A DNA stretch of 64,000 nt, taken from positions 22,458 through 86,457 of the IMG/VR virus record IMGVR_UViG_3300046355_000046. One strand, written 5' to 3'. Below, piece after piece: positions 45,549 to 55,191 of the stretch. A program made the translations under genes and the position numbers. The DNA is from a virus. How positions within the stretch are numbered: position 1 is the first letter of the stretch; the number at the start of each line of letters is the position of its first letter. A model generated the notes under the pieces. It searched no databases and was not told the origin of the DNA. It saw nothing but the letters and a program-made list of their open reading frames with translations.

Positions 45549-46403
45549 TTAAAATATGTATCTGATGTTAGCTGGATTAAAAAACTCTGCATATAAAGCT
45601 GTAAACTCACCAACCATTTGTTTTTTAAGTTGCCACTGATATCTGATATTATCAGGAGCATATTGAGAGTCTTTAGACTCTTGTATGTCTGGACGCCATA
45701 ATAGATCCCGTACCGGTTGTTCATTACGTTCATGTTGATGTACATTGTGTGTAAGGAATATACATTCACACTTAACATCTATGTTACTATCTTTAAGTTG
45801 CTGAAACAACTTACGGTACTCTTCTATCCAACCGTCCGTATATATAATAGGACTAAAGTTAATATGTACTTCCATATATTGTTGTAATATGGGAATACTA
45901 GATATACGATCAGCTATAGCATCTGTACCTGGTTCTAATATATCGGAATATATCTGAGGCATTAGACTTACACGTATACGATGCCTATCTTTATTTAGTA
46001 CATACTTCCACATTGGTTGAAACATAGTAGGATATTTTGTAGCAAAGGTAGACTTAGCCATATGATGATTATTAAACCAGTAAAATACTTCTTGCCAATC
46101 ATAATGTTTAGTCATTAGAGCTACATCTGTACTACAACCTATATCTATTGTGTAATATTTTTCATCACACTGATTAGGTGTCTTAGGCCAAGACTGTTTG
46201 CTTAGCCATCCGTCCATAGATTTTAGAATATCACCGGTATTTTCATTAACATATACTTTATCATGATTGTATCTGCCTACATAACAGTATGAGCTCATAC
46301 AACCACCTAAGCACCCGTAGATGAAGTTCGGACTAACTGCGTCCGAACTTCTTCCGTTATCACGGGTAATTAGGGTTTTTGTTTTTTGATGAATAATTTT
46401 CAT
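45549..46403 (-). CDS. Spore photoproduct lyase family radical SAM protein
   Basis: GCLGGCMSSYCYV, DIGCSTD, FATKY, RIRVSLMP and EVHINFSPII. Start reassigned to ATG 46403. Confidence 0.8.
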   Translation of the reverse strand: MKIIHQKTKTLITRDNGRSSDAVSPNFIYGCLGGCMSSYCYVGRYNHDKVYVNENTGDILKSMDGWLSKQSWPKTPNQCDEKYYTIDIGCSTDVALMTKHYDWQEVFYWFNNHHMAKSTFATKYPTMFQPMWKYVLNKDRHRIRVSLMPQIYSDILEPGTDAIADRISSIPILQQYMEVHINFSPIIYTDGWIEEYRKLFQQLKDSNIDVKCECIFLTHNVHQHERNEQPVRDLLWRPDIQESKDSQYAPDNIRYQWQLKKQMVGEFTALYAEFFNPANIRYIF

Positions 46404-46404
46404 A

Positions 46405-46806
46405 CTAATAAGTTGGTACTGCCATAGTCTCAAGATCATAAGACTTAAGTAATATATTCAGCTGAGTAGTTAATCCCTGCTTCTTTATATCATCCATATC
46501 TTCTATCTGTAGACTAAGTCTAAAGTAATGTTCCATTGCTACTGTAGCAACTTGGAATAAATCAGTCATATCTTGACCATCATACACACCATCTTGGTGA
46601 CCATCTTTTTTAATTTTAGTTAAGAAGTCATCTACTGGTTTCTGAAGTTCTTGGTATAACTGATTGGTTAACAGCTTAATACGCTGTTTAAGTAAAGTTT
46701 TATCTGGAAGAATATTCTCTTCTAAAAAGTTAGTCATCATTCCACAAAAGGCATAATAGACAATAAGATTATACATCTTATGATTTCTTGGTAAAACCTT
46801 TCCCAT
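46405..46806 (-). CDS. Hypothetical protein
   Basis: 133-aa ORF coupled to its neighbours. Confidence 0.7.
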   Translation of the reverse strand: MGKVLPRNHKMYNLIVYYAFCGMMTNFLEENILPDKTLLKQRIKLLTNQLYQELQKPVDDFLTKIKKDGHQDGVYDGQDMTDLFQVATVAMEHYFRLSLQIEDMDDIKKQGLTTQLNILLKSYDLETMAVPTY

Positions 46807-47513
46807 TATATGATCTTGTGAAACTGTAATACTTGTTTAACTTTTTTAACTAAATCTTCAACAGAACCATCATTTATAATAGTATGGTCAAAGTTCCAGT
46901 TGTCTAAACTAACTTCAGATGGATGATTATTGATTGGTTTTACACCTGGACGTTCTACACGAATAATGATACCATTAGCTTGTTGAATAGCTTGTGCTTC
47001 ATTAGGAAAACGTGTATCTGTAATAATCCACTTTGGGTATGTAGTTCTATCTGTGTCCATATCATACATACCTTCATAGTCAGACATAAGAGCATTAACC
47101 CATACATTCTCATGTAGGTTATCTCTAAGGCCATCTGTACCTAATTTCTGTAAGAAATCTCTTACTGTCATAGGTATATTCTTTTGTGTATAGTAAGAAC
47201 CCTTTTCTGTATAACGTGGTGTGCTTTCTAATATATTCCACTCAGAACCTAAATTAGTTTTTTTAAACTCTTGGTCTTCAAACTTATGTTTAGGTATACC
47301 TGTAAGCATAGATGCTACTTCTTTAAGTTTACCTGCCCACTTCTTTATTTCCCAACCAGATTGTTCATCTAGCCACCACTCATGCATTGTTGGAAAGTCT
47401 ATAACATCCTGTAAAGTAACAGTATCTTTAGTAGGACTAGCAACTAAATACTGTATAACTGTACCTACCAAATCTTTTCCACACCCAGAATAACCTGAAA
47501 TTGCTATAATCAT
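46806..47513 (-). CDS. Deoxynucleoside monophosphate kinase
   Basis: IAISGYSGCGKD P-loop, R..LQ.LGTD..R, ITDTRFPNE, H.SE..LD. Confidence 0.88.
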   Translation of the reverse strand: MIIAISGYSGCGKDLVGTVIQYLVASPTKDTVTLQDVIDFPTMHEWWLDEQSGWEIKKWAGKLKEVASMLTGIPKHKFEDQEFKKTNLGSEWNILESTPRYTEKGSYYTQKNIPMTVRDFLQKLGTDGLRDNLHENVWVNALMSDYEGMYDMDTDRTTYPKWIITDTRFPNEAQAIQQANGIIIRVERPGVKPINNHPSEVSLDNWNFDHTIINDGSVEDLVKKVKQVLQFHKII

Positions 47514-47524
47514 TGTTATGTTTT

Positions 47525-47866
47525 TTAATCGTTAAAATAAAAGTCTGGGTGTCTTTCTTCTTCCAGAGCTTTGATTAAGTTATTGTGTCCTTCTAAAGCT
47601 TCATCATAGGTACAGTATCTACGTTGATACTGATCATGTGGACCTTCAAAGATCATAGACTCAAACAGTACAGGATCAGAAAGTTTATCTGATGTACCAA
47701 AGTTTAAACCATGATCAAAGTGTAAGAACACTGTAGAGATTCTTTGATCACCAATAAATGTATTACCTACATGTTTAGTAGGACCATTTAAATCTCCTAT
47801 CTTAGGATACTCACCATCAGGTAGAACTTCTACACTATGGTCTTCGTTTAGTTTATACCATTTCAT
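47525..47866 (-). CDS. Conserved phage hypothetical protein
   Basis: ISTVFL..DH...P.LFE.MIF....RY.T..EA..GH pattern recalled from diverse phages. Confidence 0.7.
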   Translation of the reverse strand: MKWYKLNEDHSVEVLPDGEYPKIGDLNGPTKHVGNTFIGDQRISTVFLHFDHGLNFGTSDKLSDPVLFESMIFEGPHDQYQRRYCTYDEALEGHNNLIKALEEERHPDFYFND

Positions 47867-47867
47867 A

Positions 47868-48680
47868 TTAAATAAAGTTTACTCCAAAATCAGACATTAC
47901 TTCTTCATACTGTTCAGTAACTTCTTCAGGTTCTAGTGTTACTGGTACAGATTGATTATTAACAAGATTACCAAACTCATTAACAAAGAAACTATGTATT
48001 CTTTGGTGATCAGATAGATAACTCATTGGGTGAGAGTCTTTAAGAGCTAGTGTAATATGATTATACATATCCCATGCACTATCTTGATTACCGCTATAAA
48101 AATGACTTGGTTTGTCAATCTCACGTTTTACTATACCCACTTGAGTAAGTGTCAAGATCTCATCTTCAGCAAATAGTCTGCCTAGAATACTACCTTTCTG
48201 TCTTGTAGTAAGAGTAATATCTTTAAGCATCTCTTTGTCTTTAATAAGATCATCGTAGTATGTAGAAGCATTAGCTATTTGCTCTTGCATAGAAGTAGTT
48301 AGATCAGATAGAGCTGATCCACTGTGTCTTCTTCTATAAGAACCTAAGTTTCCTGATACTACACCATTCATACAGATGAACACCTGTGCACCAATAGCAC
48401 ACTTAAAAGCCATAGTTTTATTATAACTGTTTGACCATACAAACATAAGTCCCATATCAGGATCATTTCCTGACTTTAGGTGATAAATCCCTTGTGCTAC
48501 ATCTCCAGAGATTGTAGTTTTATATAATTCATTTGTAATCATAAAACCGGCTGATGATAATCTAGCTCTAGCTTCATCTATAACTGTTCCGTGTGAGATA
48601 ACTGTGTAAGACTTACCATGGTTAGGTAGTTTACATCCTCTTAAATAATCTTCAGACGCAAATATTGTTTTAACTGGCAT
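47868..48680 (-). CDS. DUF932/DUF945-like protein
   Basis: Y..ISH, NSYNK, G..VFIC.NG, RRH and AW..YN..T..LK motifs. Confidence 0.78.
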   Translation of the reverse strand: MPVKTIFASEDYLRGCKLPNHGKSYTVISHGTVIDEARARLSSAGFMITNELYKTTISGDVAQGIYHLKSGNDPDMGLMFVWSNSYNKTMAFKCAIGAQVFICMNGVVSGNLGSYRRRHSGSALSDLTTSMQEQIANASTYYDDLIKDKEMLKDITLTTRQKGSILGRLFAEDEILTLTQVGIVKREIDKPSHFYSGNQDSAWDMYNHITLALKDSHPMSYLSDHQRIHSFFVNEFGNLVNNQSVPVTLEPEEVTEQYEEVMSDFGVNFI

Positions 48681-48691
48681 AGTTGTGTTAA

Positions 48692-50632
48692 TTAAAATAA
48701 TGATAATTGTGTAAATGATAAACTCTTTTCTTTTTCTATCTGATGTATCTCTTTGTAGATCTGATCTAGATAGTAGCTTGTGTTAATACCATAAGACTCA
48801 AAAGGTCTTGTTTCGTTTATTTCGTTTAGAGTAGTTTGTAACCACTGTCCAGATTCTACCTGGATTAGTCTACCGTCTGTATGACACTTGACTAGTTTAC
48901 CACCTCTATTAGAAACATAATACCTAACAATTTTCTGTAGTCTAGTTGTTACTAGCTCACCTTCTTTAAGATCTCTTAGCTCAAAGTACCATCCACCTTT
49001 AGACTTTATACCAGCACAGTAATCAAATATACTTTGATTGGTTGCTAGAAACTCTTCCGGCTTTATACCTTTTGTAAAATAAGCATAGATGGCTTTAGGG
49101 ATAATTAAGAAGCTTTTATTCTTATGGAATACTGCTACTTTCTTTTTATCTAGATCTTCCCACTCAAATGCACCTTTGCATTTTACTTTACCAGACTTAG
49201 ATACTGCAATGTAATTGTTTACATCTCTGATGATCATCTTAGAATACTCATCATGTTCTAGTTCTAGCATAGTTAGTTTGCACCACTGCTCACATACTTC
49301 GTGATACTTTTCTACATATTGTGTAGGAATCAAAGTCTCAAGACCATCTGTGTTTTGCATAAGAGGAATAGACTCTGGGATAGCTAAAGATAACATCTCA
49401 TAAAGCATAGATAGTAATAGCTGTCCGTTGATAGTAATCTGCATAGTCATACGTGGATCATACAGGAAACTATTCTCATCACCTGTCAAACCATATGTAG
49501 AGTTCAAGATAATCTTGTACACATAGTTCTTAGGATCAGACTTAGGAATCTTCTTACGCTCTTCAAAGAACCACTCATACAGTTCACAGAATTCATCTTT
49601 AGGTAGATGACTAGGGTGAAATCCATTTCTAATAGCTAGATTAGGATAGAATGAAGTTACGTCAGAAGTCATAATAGTATAACCTGGCTTTGCTTCATAA
49701 ACACCTGCATCTCTAGCCCCGTGAATACCACCAAGCCCATAGTCAGTTTTCATACCCTTGTGATTTACAGTGTACTTAAATCCGTTCTTAGTGGATATGA
49801 TTACCTGTGTACGCAGATAGTCAAACATTCTTTGAAATGACTCAGTCTGAAAGCTAACATAAGGAAGTATACACTGGCCCAAATAGATTTCTCTATGGTG
49901 AGTTCTAAGTGTTTTAATATGTCCCTTATCCCAACCTAACTTCTGTGATAGAAAGTGTAAGAATAACTCTTTAGATATTCTTGGCTCTGATGCAGAATAG
50001 AGATCAATACCATATTCCTTAGTAAGAGTCTGTCTCAGGATAATCTGTTCCTTAGAATGATTAAGTACTTGCTTAGTACTAAGTACGTCATTAACACAAT
50101 ACTCAGTAATCATTTTAAGTTGCTCATCTGTTTCTACAGGAGCCGTGTGATGATGAGGCATCTCTTCTACATTCTGCCAGTCCATAGAGTATTGTATCCA
50201 CTTAAGACTACTCATCTTAGCACGGTTATCCCAGTGATTCATCTTAAACAGATCTATCTGTCTAATCTTAATCTTAGCCGGAGAGTACTCAAGAAAGCTG
50301 TTTTGATCTTTAAGAGAGATAGTCTTCTGTGCAAAAGCATAGATATCTTTAATGACATCTTCCGTACTAAGTTTTAGTAACTGACGTTGCTTATCTAGAA
50401 TATGCTGAGTAATCTGAGCATCAAAAGCTAAACCATTATAGCTGATATGCCATTGGTTCTTGTCTTTGCACTCATTTAGAAACTCTATGAATTGTGGTAG
50501 ATCATTACGATCATTATATATTACAAAGGTTTTTCTGATGTTCTCATCTTTGTAATGTTGGAACACACCTATAAAACAATTAACCAGTGTTTCATAGTCC
50601 ATCACCCAATGGGTAGGCTTTTTTTCTTCCAT
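48692..50632 (-). CDS. Family B DNA polymerase with 3'-5' exonuclease
   Basis: DYE (ExoI), YNG..FD (ExoII), YC.ND (ExoIII), DVTSFYPN, KIILNSTYG and NTDG. Confidence 0.93.
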   Translation of the reverse strand: MEEKKPTHWVMDYETLVNCFIGVFQHYKDENIRKTFVIYNDRNDLPQFIEFLNECKDKNQWHISYNGLAFDAQITQHILDKQRQLLKLSTEDVIKDIYAFAQKTISLKDQNSFLEYSPAKIKIRQIDLFKMNHWDNRAKMSSLKWIQYSMDWQNVEEMPHHHTAPVETDEQLKMITEYCVNDVLSTKQVLNHSKEQIILRQTLTKEYGIDLYSASEPRISKELFLHFLSQKLGWDKGHIKTLRTHHREIYLGQCILPYVSFQTESFQRMFDYLRTQVIISTKNGFKYTVNHKGMKTDYGLGGIHGARDAGVYEAKPGYTIMTSDVTSFYPNLAIRNGFHPSHLPKDEFCELYEWFFEERKKIPKSDPKNYVYKIILNSTYGLTGDENSFLYDPRMTMQITINGQLLLSMLYEMLSLAIPESIPLMQNTDGLETLIPTQYVEKYHEVCEQWCKLTMLELEHDEYSKMIIRDVNNYIAVSKSGKVKCKGAFEWEDLDKKKVAVFHKNKSFLIIPKAIYAYFTKGIKPEEFLATNQSIFDYCAGIKSKGGWYFELRDLKEGELVTTRLQKIVRYYVSNRGGKLVKCHTDGRLIQVESGQWLQTTLNEINETRPFESYGINTSYYLDQIYKEIHQIEKEKSLSFTQLSLF

Positions 50633-50673
50633 AATTCTTTATTCAGTTAAGCTGTTTCCCCCTTTTTGCCGCC

Positions 50674-50697
50674 AAAAAAAGGCAGAAGTTCTGCCTT
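50674..50697 (-). terminator. Intrinsic terminator upstream of the DNA polymerase gene
   Basis: Minus strand AAGGCAGA-ACT-TCTGCCTT followed by a T-run. Confidence 0.75.
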
Positions 50698-50723
50698 AAT
50701 TTGTAAAATGGACAAGATAAAAA

Positions 50724-51131
50724 TTAAATACTAGTCAAGATATTAGATTGCTTTGGCTGCTCTACTTTCTTTTCTAAGTATTGAGTGTAGTCAAATGAGT
50801 CTGCATTTACAGCAAATATGTTTAAGAAGTCAATAATCTCTTGAGGATGCTCGATGTAGTATTCATAGAATGTTTCTAACATCTTTCTTTCTTCCTTGTA
50901 GTCTTTTCCATTGTTTCTTTTACCGATCTTCATGTACTGAACATCACCTTCATCAGATAACTTTGGTAACATATGAAATGACTCTTTCTTTTCTTTACCG
51001 ATAATAGCTAACACTTTTGTGCTAACATCAAAGATGCACTCGTTGTACGGGCACTCTGGTGTAATTGGTAATAGCTTAAACGTCTTATCATTACCCCAGC
51101 TACTGGTAACTAACATCATTGAATTTTTCAT
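50724..51131 (-). CDS. Hypothetical protein
   Basis: 135-aa ORF with its own promoter and terminator. Confidence 0.75.
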   Translation of the reverse strand: MKNSMMLVTSSWGNDKTFKLLPITPECPYNECIFDVSTKVLAIIGKEKKESFHMLPKLSDEGDVQYMKIGKRNNGKDYKEERKMLETFYEYYIEHPQEIIDFLNIFAVNADSFDYTQYLEKKVEQPKQSNILTSI

Positions 51132-51149
51132 GGTTTTTTATTATTTATA

Positions 51150-51182
51150 CAAAATTAAGTACCTTTTTTTAATATTTCCAAA
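51150..51182 (-). promoter_or_regulatory. Bacteroidota primary-sigma promoter
   Basis: Minus strand TTTG-N21-TAATTTTG, ending 18 bp upstream of ATG 51131. Confidence 0.7.
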
Positions 51183-51715
51183 TCTTCTACTGGAATTTTT
51201 AAGTTTTCTTTTTCCATATCACATGCATCACACAGCTCACCAGTATCTTCTAGTAGTTTGACATCAACATCTAAGAGTTTAGCATACGTGCTAAAGTATT
51301 TCTCAGGATATAAAAATGTCTCAATATACTTATACTCAGTAGACTTGTCACCATAGTAATTCTTGATTGCTCGTTTTAGTACATTAGATAGTTTAGAATA
51401 CTTACCTAAGATAAAGTTGAACCAATCATTTTTGTATATATGGAAATCAAACACATAAAGCTTATACCCCTGTATAGAAATCATTTCTAAGAATAAAGGA
51501 TTGCTTAAGAGCATCTGTTGCTCAAAAGCTTTAAAGCCTTCAGACTCATTATCAGGAAAACTGCAAACTAGTTTTACATCTTCTGGACTTACCAATCCTT
51601 CTACGGAAAGGTAAGTACCAGATGGTGTAAAGTTGCTAGTACGCTTTATACCCAAAGCAGGAAACAGAAATGATCTAGATTTCTGAAAATATTTTGTGTA
51701 TAAGCTGTCTATCAT
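51155..51715 (-). CDS. Conserved crAss-like hypothetical protein
   Basis: KS..FL.P.LG and F..GKYSKLS...K..I motifs. Lies downstream of the PD-(D/E)XK nuclease gene. Confidence 0.7.
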   Translation of the reverse strand: MIDSLYTKYFQKSRSFLFPALGIKRTSNFTPSGTYLSVEGLVSPEDVKLVCSFPDNESEGFKAFEQQMLLSNPLFLEMISIQGYKLYVFDFHIYKNDWFNFILGKYSKLSNVLKRAIKNYYGDKSTEYKYIETFLYPEKYFSTYAKLLDVDVKLLEDTGELCDACDMEKENLKIPVEDLEILKKGT

Positions 51716-51727
51716 TTTATAATTTGA

Positions 51728-52756
51728 TTACAAAACTACGCTACCTACTGCAAAATCATGAGGTAAGTCGTACCTTTTATTAACATAATGCCAGTTAGCT
51801 GAAGCCAATACTTTATCCATTCTTGTTAACCAGCTTTGTAAAGTTGGTTCTGTTACATAAAACGGATATGTTTGGAAAGCTTTGTCAATAACTACAAAAT
51901 GAAACTTAAGTTCGTATCCAGATTCTATAAGTTGTTGATACTTAATAGCTACCATAGTGCAGTAGATTACTGCTTGAAGCCAATAAGACCAAAACTCAAT
52001 AGTTTCTTTAAAGTCTTTTAAGTCTTTGCTAGTAGTTTTAATATCATTTATAAAGATAATCTTTTTATCATGATCTATTACTAGATTGTCTATAATTCCT
52101 TTCAGTCCAAATGGTGCATTTTTGTATTCTACAGATAAAGCAAGTTCATTATAAACTTCTTTATTGTCAAAATCAGTTAAGTTACAACCAATTAAATCAC
52201 AGATAGACTTGTTAGTCTTAATAAGATCTACTGCTCCTTTACAGAAATCATAAGTCTGTTGGTCAATAAGAATCTTATCACCCTTAGTCTTTAAGAAATC
52301 CCAATAGCTTATAGCTTCCGGAACAATAATCTTGTCTAAACGCTGCTGATCGGTCTTTAGACTTTGGTGATAGTTCATATCTATCATTACATCTAGCACT
52401 GCTTGATCAAACTCTTTAAGTTCTGTTCTAGCATCACCGTTCTTAGCAATCTCTACATGATGAGCAAATACTCTGTCTATAACTGCTTTAACTGAATCAC
52501 CAGGAAGTTTAGCAGGACTAATGATAAACATATCATTAAACTTATTTTCTTCTAAAAGAAGTGCATGTACAATCTTACCTTGTACTAAATGAGCGTCAGT
52601 ACGCTCTTCTTTCATACCTAGAACATATAGCTGATAAAACACAGCTGGGTTCCACATAAGTTTATTTAAACTACTATAGCTAAAATAGAATTTCTTCTCA
52701 TAAAAGCTTTTCTCTAACATATCTGCAGATTCCTGCATGATCTCTTCTAATTCCAT
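51728..52756 (-). CDS. PD-(D/E)XK exonuclease (RecE/Cas4-like recombination nuclease)
   Basis: SYSSL, G...H..LLE, KGIID...DIKTT and Y.LQA.IY. Start reassigned to ATG 52756. Confidence 0.85.
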   Translation of the reverse strand: MELEEIMQESADMLEKSFYEKKFYFSYSSLNKLMWNPAVFYQLYVLGMKEERTDAHLVQGKIVHALLLEENKFNDMFIISPAKLPGDSVKAVIDRVFAHHVEIAKNGDARTELKEFDQAVLDVMIDMNYHQSLKTDQQRLDKIIVPEAISYWDFLKTKGDKILIDQQTYDFCKGAVDLIKTNKSICDLIGCNLTDFDNKEVYNELALSVEYKNAPFGLKGIIDNLVIDHDKKIIFINDIKTTSKDLKDFKETIEFWSYWLQAVIYCTMVAIKYQQLIESGYELKFHFVVIDKAFQTYPFYVTEPTLQSWLTRMDKVLASANWHYVNKRYDLPHDFAVGSVVL

Positions 52757-52773
52757 ACTTAAATTTTTTAATA

Positions 52774-52941
52774 CTAATTGTCTTGCCACTCACCAAGCTC
52801 TACAAGCTTAGCTCTAATGCGTCTCTGTGTAGTAGGATCTACTGACATAGCTTCTTCATACTCTAGAAACTTAACTAGTTCATCATACTTACCTTGTAAG
52901 TCTGCGTTACTGGTAGGACATACTGGTTTTTCTGGGTCCAT
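52774..52941 (-). CDS. 55-aa hypothetical protein (not in the ORF track)
   Basis: MDPEKPVCPTSNADLQGKYDELVKFLEYEEAMSVDPTTQRRIRAKLVELGEWQDN fills the gap between its neighbours. Confidence 0.7.
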   Translation of the reverse strand: MDPEKPVCPTSNADLQGKYDELVKFLEYEEAMSVDPTTQRRIRAKLVELGEWQDN

Positions 52942-52945
52942 ATTA

Positions 52946-53101
52946 TTATTTATCTAGTTGTTCTGATACCTCTTCTGGTAGGTAACCTAATAGGTTTTTC
53001 TTTGGTAAATGTTCTAACAGCTCATAGATAGCTGTCACATCATCCATCTCAAAGTCTTTTCTCATCTGTTCAATAACAGCTTCTACAATTGGATCTTCCA
53101 T
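52946..53101 (-). CDS. 51-aa acidic hypothetical protein
   Basis: Start reassigned to ATG 53101 (MEDPIVEAV), just after the HNH gene stop. Confidence 0.65.
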   Translation of the reverse strand: MEDPIVEAVIEQMRKDFEMDDVTAIYELLEHLPKKNLLGYLPEEVSEQLDK

Positions 53102-53102
53102 T

Positions 53103-53492
53103 TTACTTTTGTTTTTCAAGTTGTGTTTTTTCATTATGGCACACCTCGCAGAGCACCTGTAGATTGTCTTGTTCACAGAACAACCTATCTACAAATCCAG
53201 GAAGATCTGCTGCACAGTTTAAACTACCTGCACCAACTATATGGTCCACATTAATTTTCTTTTCAGGAAACCATTTTTTACAAGAGTTACACTGGTATTC
53301 AAACTTCTGTCTCTTCAACGGACCTTTGTATGGTCTACGAGATTCCATTTTACACTGTGTAATTGGTTTCCACCATCTTGATTTTTGACGTAACGTACTT
53401 CTAATGAAACTCCAAAATGCAGATTCAGTCATTGTACCTGCATTCCTAGTTTTAGGAGATGCAGTACGTCTAGTTGTTTTCTTCTTGATCAT
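53103..53492 (-). CDS. HNH endonuclease with Zn finger
   Basis: C..C...VDHI...NLQVLC..CH..KT. Confidence 0.85.
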   Translation of the reverse strand: MIKKKTTRRTASPKTRNAGTMTESAFWSFIRSTLRQKSRWWKPITQCKMESRRPYKGPLKRQKFEYQCNSCKKWFPEKKINVDHIVGAGSLNCAADLPGFVDRLFCEQDNLQVLCEVCHNEKTQLEKQK

Positions 53493-54474
53493 TTAATATT
53501 CTTTTATTAAGTATAGGTACTAAACGTACATATACCTCTTTAGGACCATAGTCCTTAATAGAATCAGATGGATCTTTACTCATTGGTAGAGCAGCATATT
53601 CTACTTCAGGATATAGTTCTTTATATCTTTCCATAGCTTTTATACCAGGCTCGTCAAAATCAAATAGTATAATCACTTTCTTATACTTCTTGATGTATTG
53701 ATCCATAAGTTCTTTACGGATGATTGTATTCTCAGAGTCAGGTGCAATGATATCTAGAGTAGATATCTTTAGACTCTTTAAAGACATAACGTCTTTTAGT
53801 GAAGACGTAATAACTAAGTAAGGTGCATTTTTAATTTGTTCAATACCTTGGATATAGTCTTGAACTTTAATGAATTTCTTATCTAGTGTTTTAGGCTGAT
53901 AGATTTTGTACAGAGTACCATCATTTTTAAAGTAACCGTATAAGTAGTTACCTGTAATGGTTAGCTCAATGGGGCCATCATCAGTATCTTTATGCATAGT
54001 ATAACTGCTAAGTGGCCTTACGTTATACTCATCTAAAAGACGTGAGCCAATATTGAACTGTGTCCAAAAGTATTGGTCCTGAGTAGTCCAAGATCTGAAA
54101 ACAAACTGACTAACTTTATACTTAGACGCTTGTTTAAATTTCTGTACATCGTACCCACCGTTATTGTGGAGTACAAAATCATTATAATTCTCTACTACAA
54201 GGTTACATGCTTTGTGATAAGATAGTCCTGTTATTTCTTTAACTAGATCTATGGCTGATCCACCGTTACCGGAAGAGAAATCTTTATACTTATACGTGTC
54301 TTTTGTAGGGTCGTAGTAAATGCACATACTAGGTGTGCGTTCTTTAGAATTAAAAAGACTTTTAATCTTTATATCATGCCCACTAAGCTTATCTCTAAGC
54401 TTACAGAAATGTTCAAATATCCATGATGCTGGGACATCCTTGATGTCATGCACCATATTCTTTATCTTAAACAT
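53470..54474 (-). CDS. DnaG-type primase (crAss-like)
   Basis: Degenerate Zn-binding domain (SLFNSKERTPS..YKDFSSG.GG) and TOPRIM motifs ITSSLKD, DFD..G and KDPSD. Confidence 0.85.
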   Translation of the reverse strand: MFKIKNMVHDIKDVPASWIFEHFCKLRDKLSGHDIKIKSLFNSKERTPSMCIYYDPTKDTYKYKDFSSGNGGSAIDLVKEITGLSYHKACNLVVENYNDFVLHNNGGYDVQKFKQASKYKVSQFVFRSWTTQDQYFWTQFNIGSRLLDEYNVRPLSSYTMHKDTDDGPIELTITGNYLYGYFKNDGTLYKIYQPKTLDKKFIKVQDYIQGIEQIKNAPYLVITSSLKDVMSLKSLKISTLDIIAPDSENTIIRKELMDQYIKKYKKVIILFDFDEPGIKAMERYKELYPEVEYAALPMSKDPSDSIKDYGPKEVYVRLVPILNKRILNDQEENN

Positions 54475-54486
54475 GATGTAGATTTA

Positions 54487-54525
54487 AAATGAAGAAGGGG
54501 GAGCAATACCTCTCCCCCACTCTTC
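54487..54525 (-). terminator. Probable terminator between the SSB-like and primase genes
   Basis: Minus strand GGGGGAG-AGGTATTG-CTCCCCC then TTCTTCATTTT. Confidence 0.7.
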
Positions 54526-54536
54526 TGGGCAGCTAA

Positions 54537-55148
54537 TTACATATCAAAATCACTGTTAACTGGCTCAAAGCTAGTTACCGGCTTATTTTGTAAAGCCTTG
54601 TAGTGATACTGGTTATTTTTGTCAAACTTATCAAGCTTAGCTTCTTCTGTAGAAACAAACTTGTACTTAGGTAAAGATAACTTAATGATAGTCTTACCAT
54701 TGTATTCTTCTTCTGTACCCTTTAAGAACCAATATAGATTGTGTCCTTTCAAAATGTAGATTGCTTTCTCAACCCAGTCTTCAATACTAGATGCAGAAAT
54801 ATTATCTACTTGATCACGTAATCCAAGCTCTGATGCAATAACTGCTAGCTTAAACATGAGTTCATTCTTAGTTACATTACTGTCGTTGAACTGATCAGTC
54901 CAGATAGTTCCAGATACACGACTAGATTGTCCTGTAAACTTAGCTCCTTCTGGGTTATTCTTATCAATAGCCCAACCTTCAAAGCCCTCAGATGCTGGGC
55001 CTTCTAATACTAACTCTAAGGTTTTCTTGTCACCTTTGTTAGATGTTCTTACTTGCCCACTGTAAATGTGTGCATAAACTACTCCTGCTTGTAGAGATTT
55101 AGCTGTACCTCCACCTGTTTTTACTTCTTGTCCTTTTGTACTAAACAT
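54537..55148 (-). CDS. Putative single-stranded DNA-binding protein
   Basis: Follows the AAA ATPase gene. OB-like GVVYAHIYS start and acidic/aromatic tail (SDFDM). Confidence 0.6.
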   Translation of the reverse strand: MFSTKGQEVKTGGGTAKSLQAGVVYAHIYSGQVRTSNKGDKKTLELVLEGPASEGFEGWAIDKNNPEGAKFTGQSSRVSGTIWTDQFNDSNVTKNELMFKLAVIASELGLRDQVDNISASSIEDWVEKAIYILKGHNLYWFLKGTEEEYNGKTIIKLSLPKYKFVSTEEAKLDKFDKNNQYHYKALQNKPVTSFEPVNSDFDM

Positions 55149-55191
55149 GTTGTGTTAAATTTAAACTTATGTGAATAAAAAAATTAAAATA

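Noticed and set aside
51731-51738. TAGTTTTG -7-like box upstream of the 186-aa gene
   Set aside because: It lies inside coding sequence and has no TTTG at the 19-21-bp spacing.
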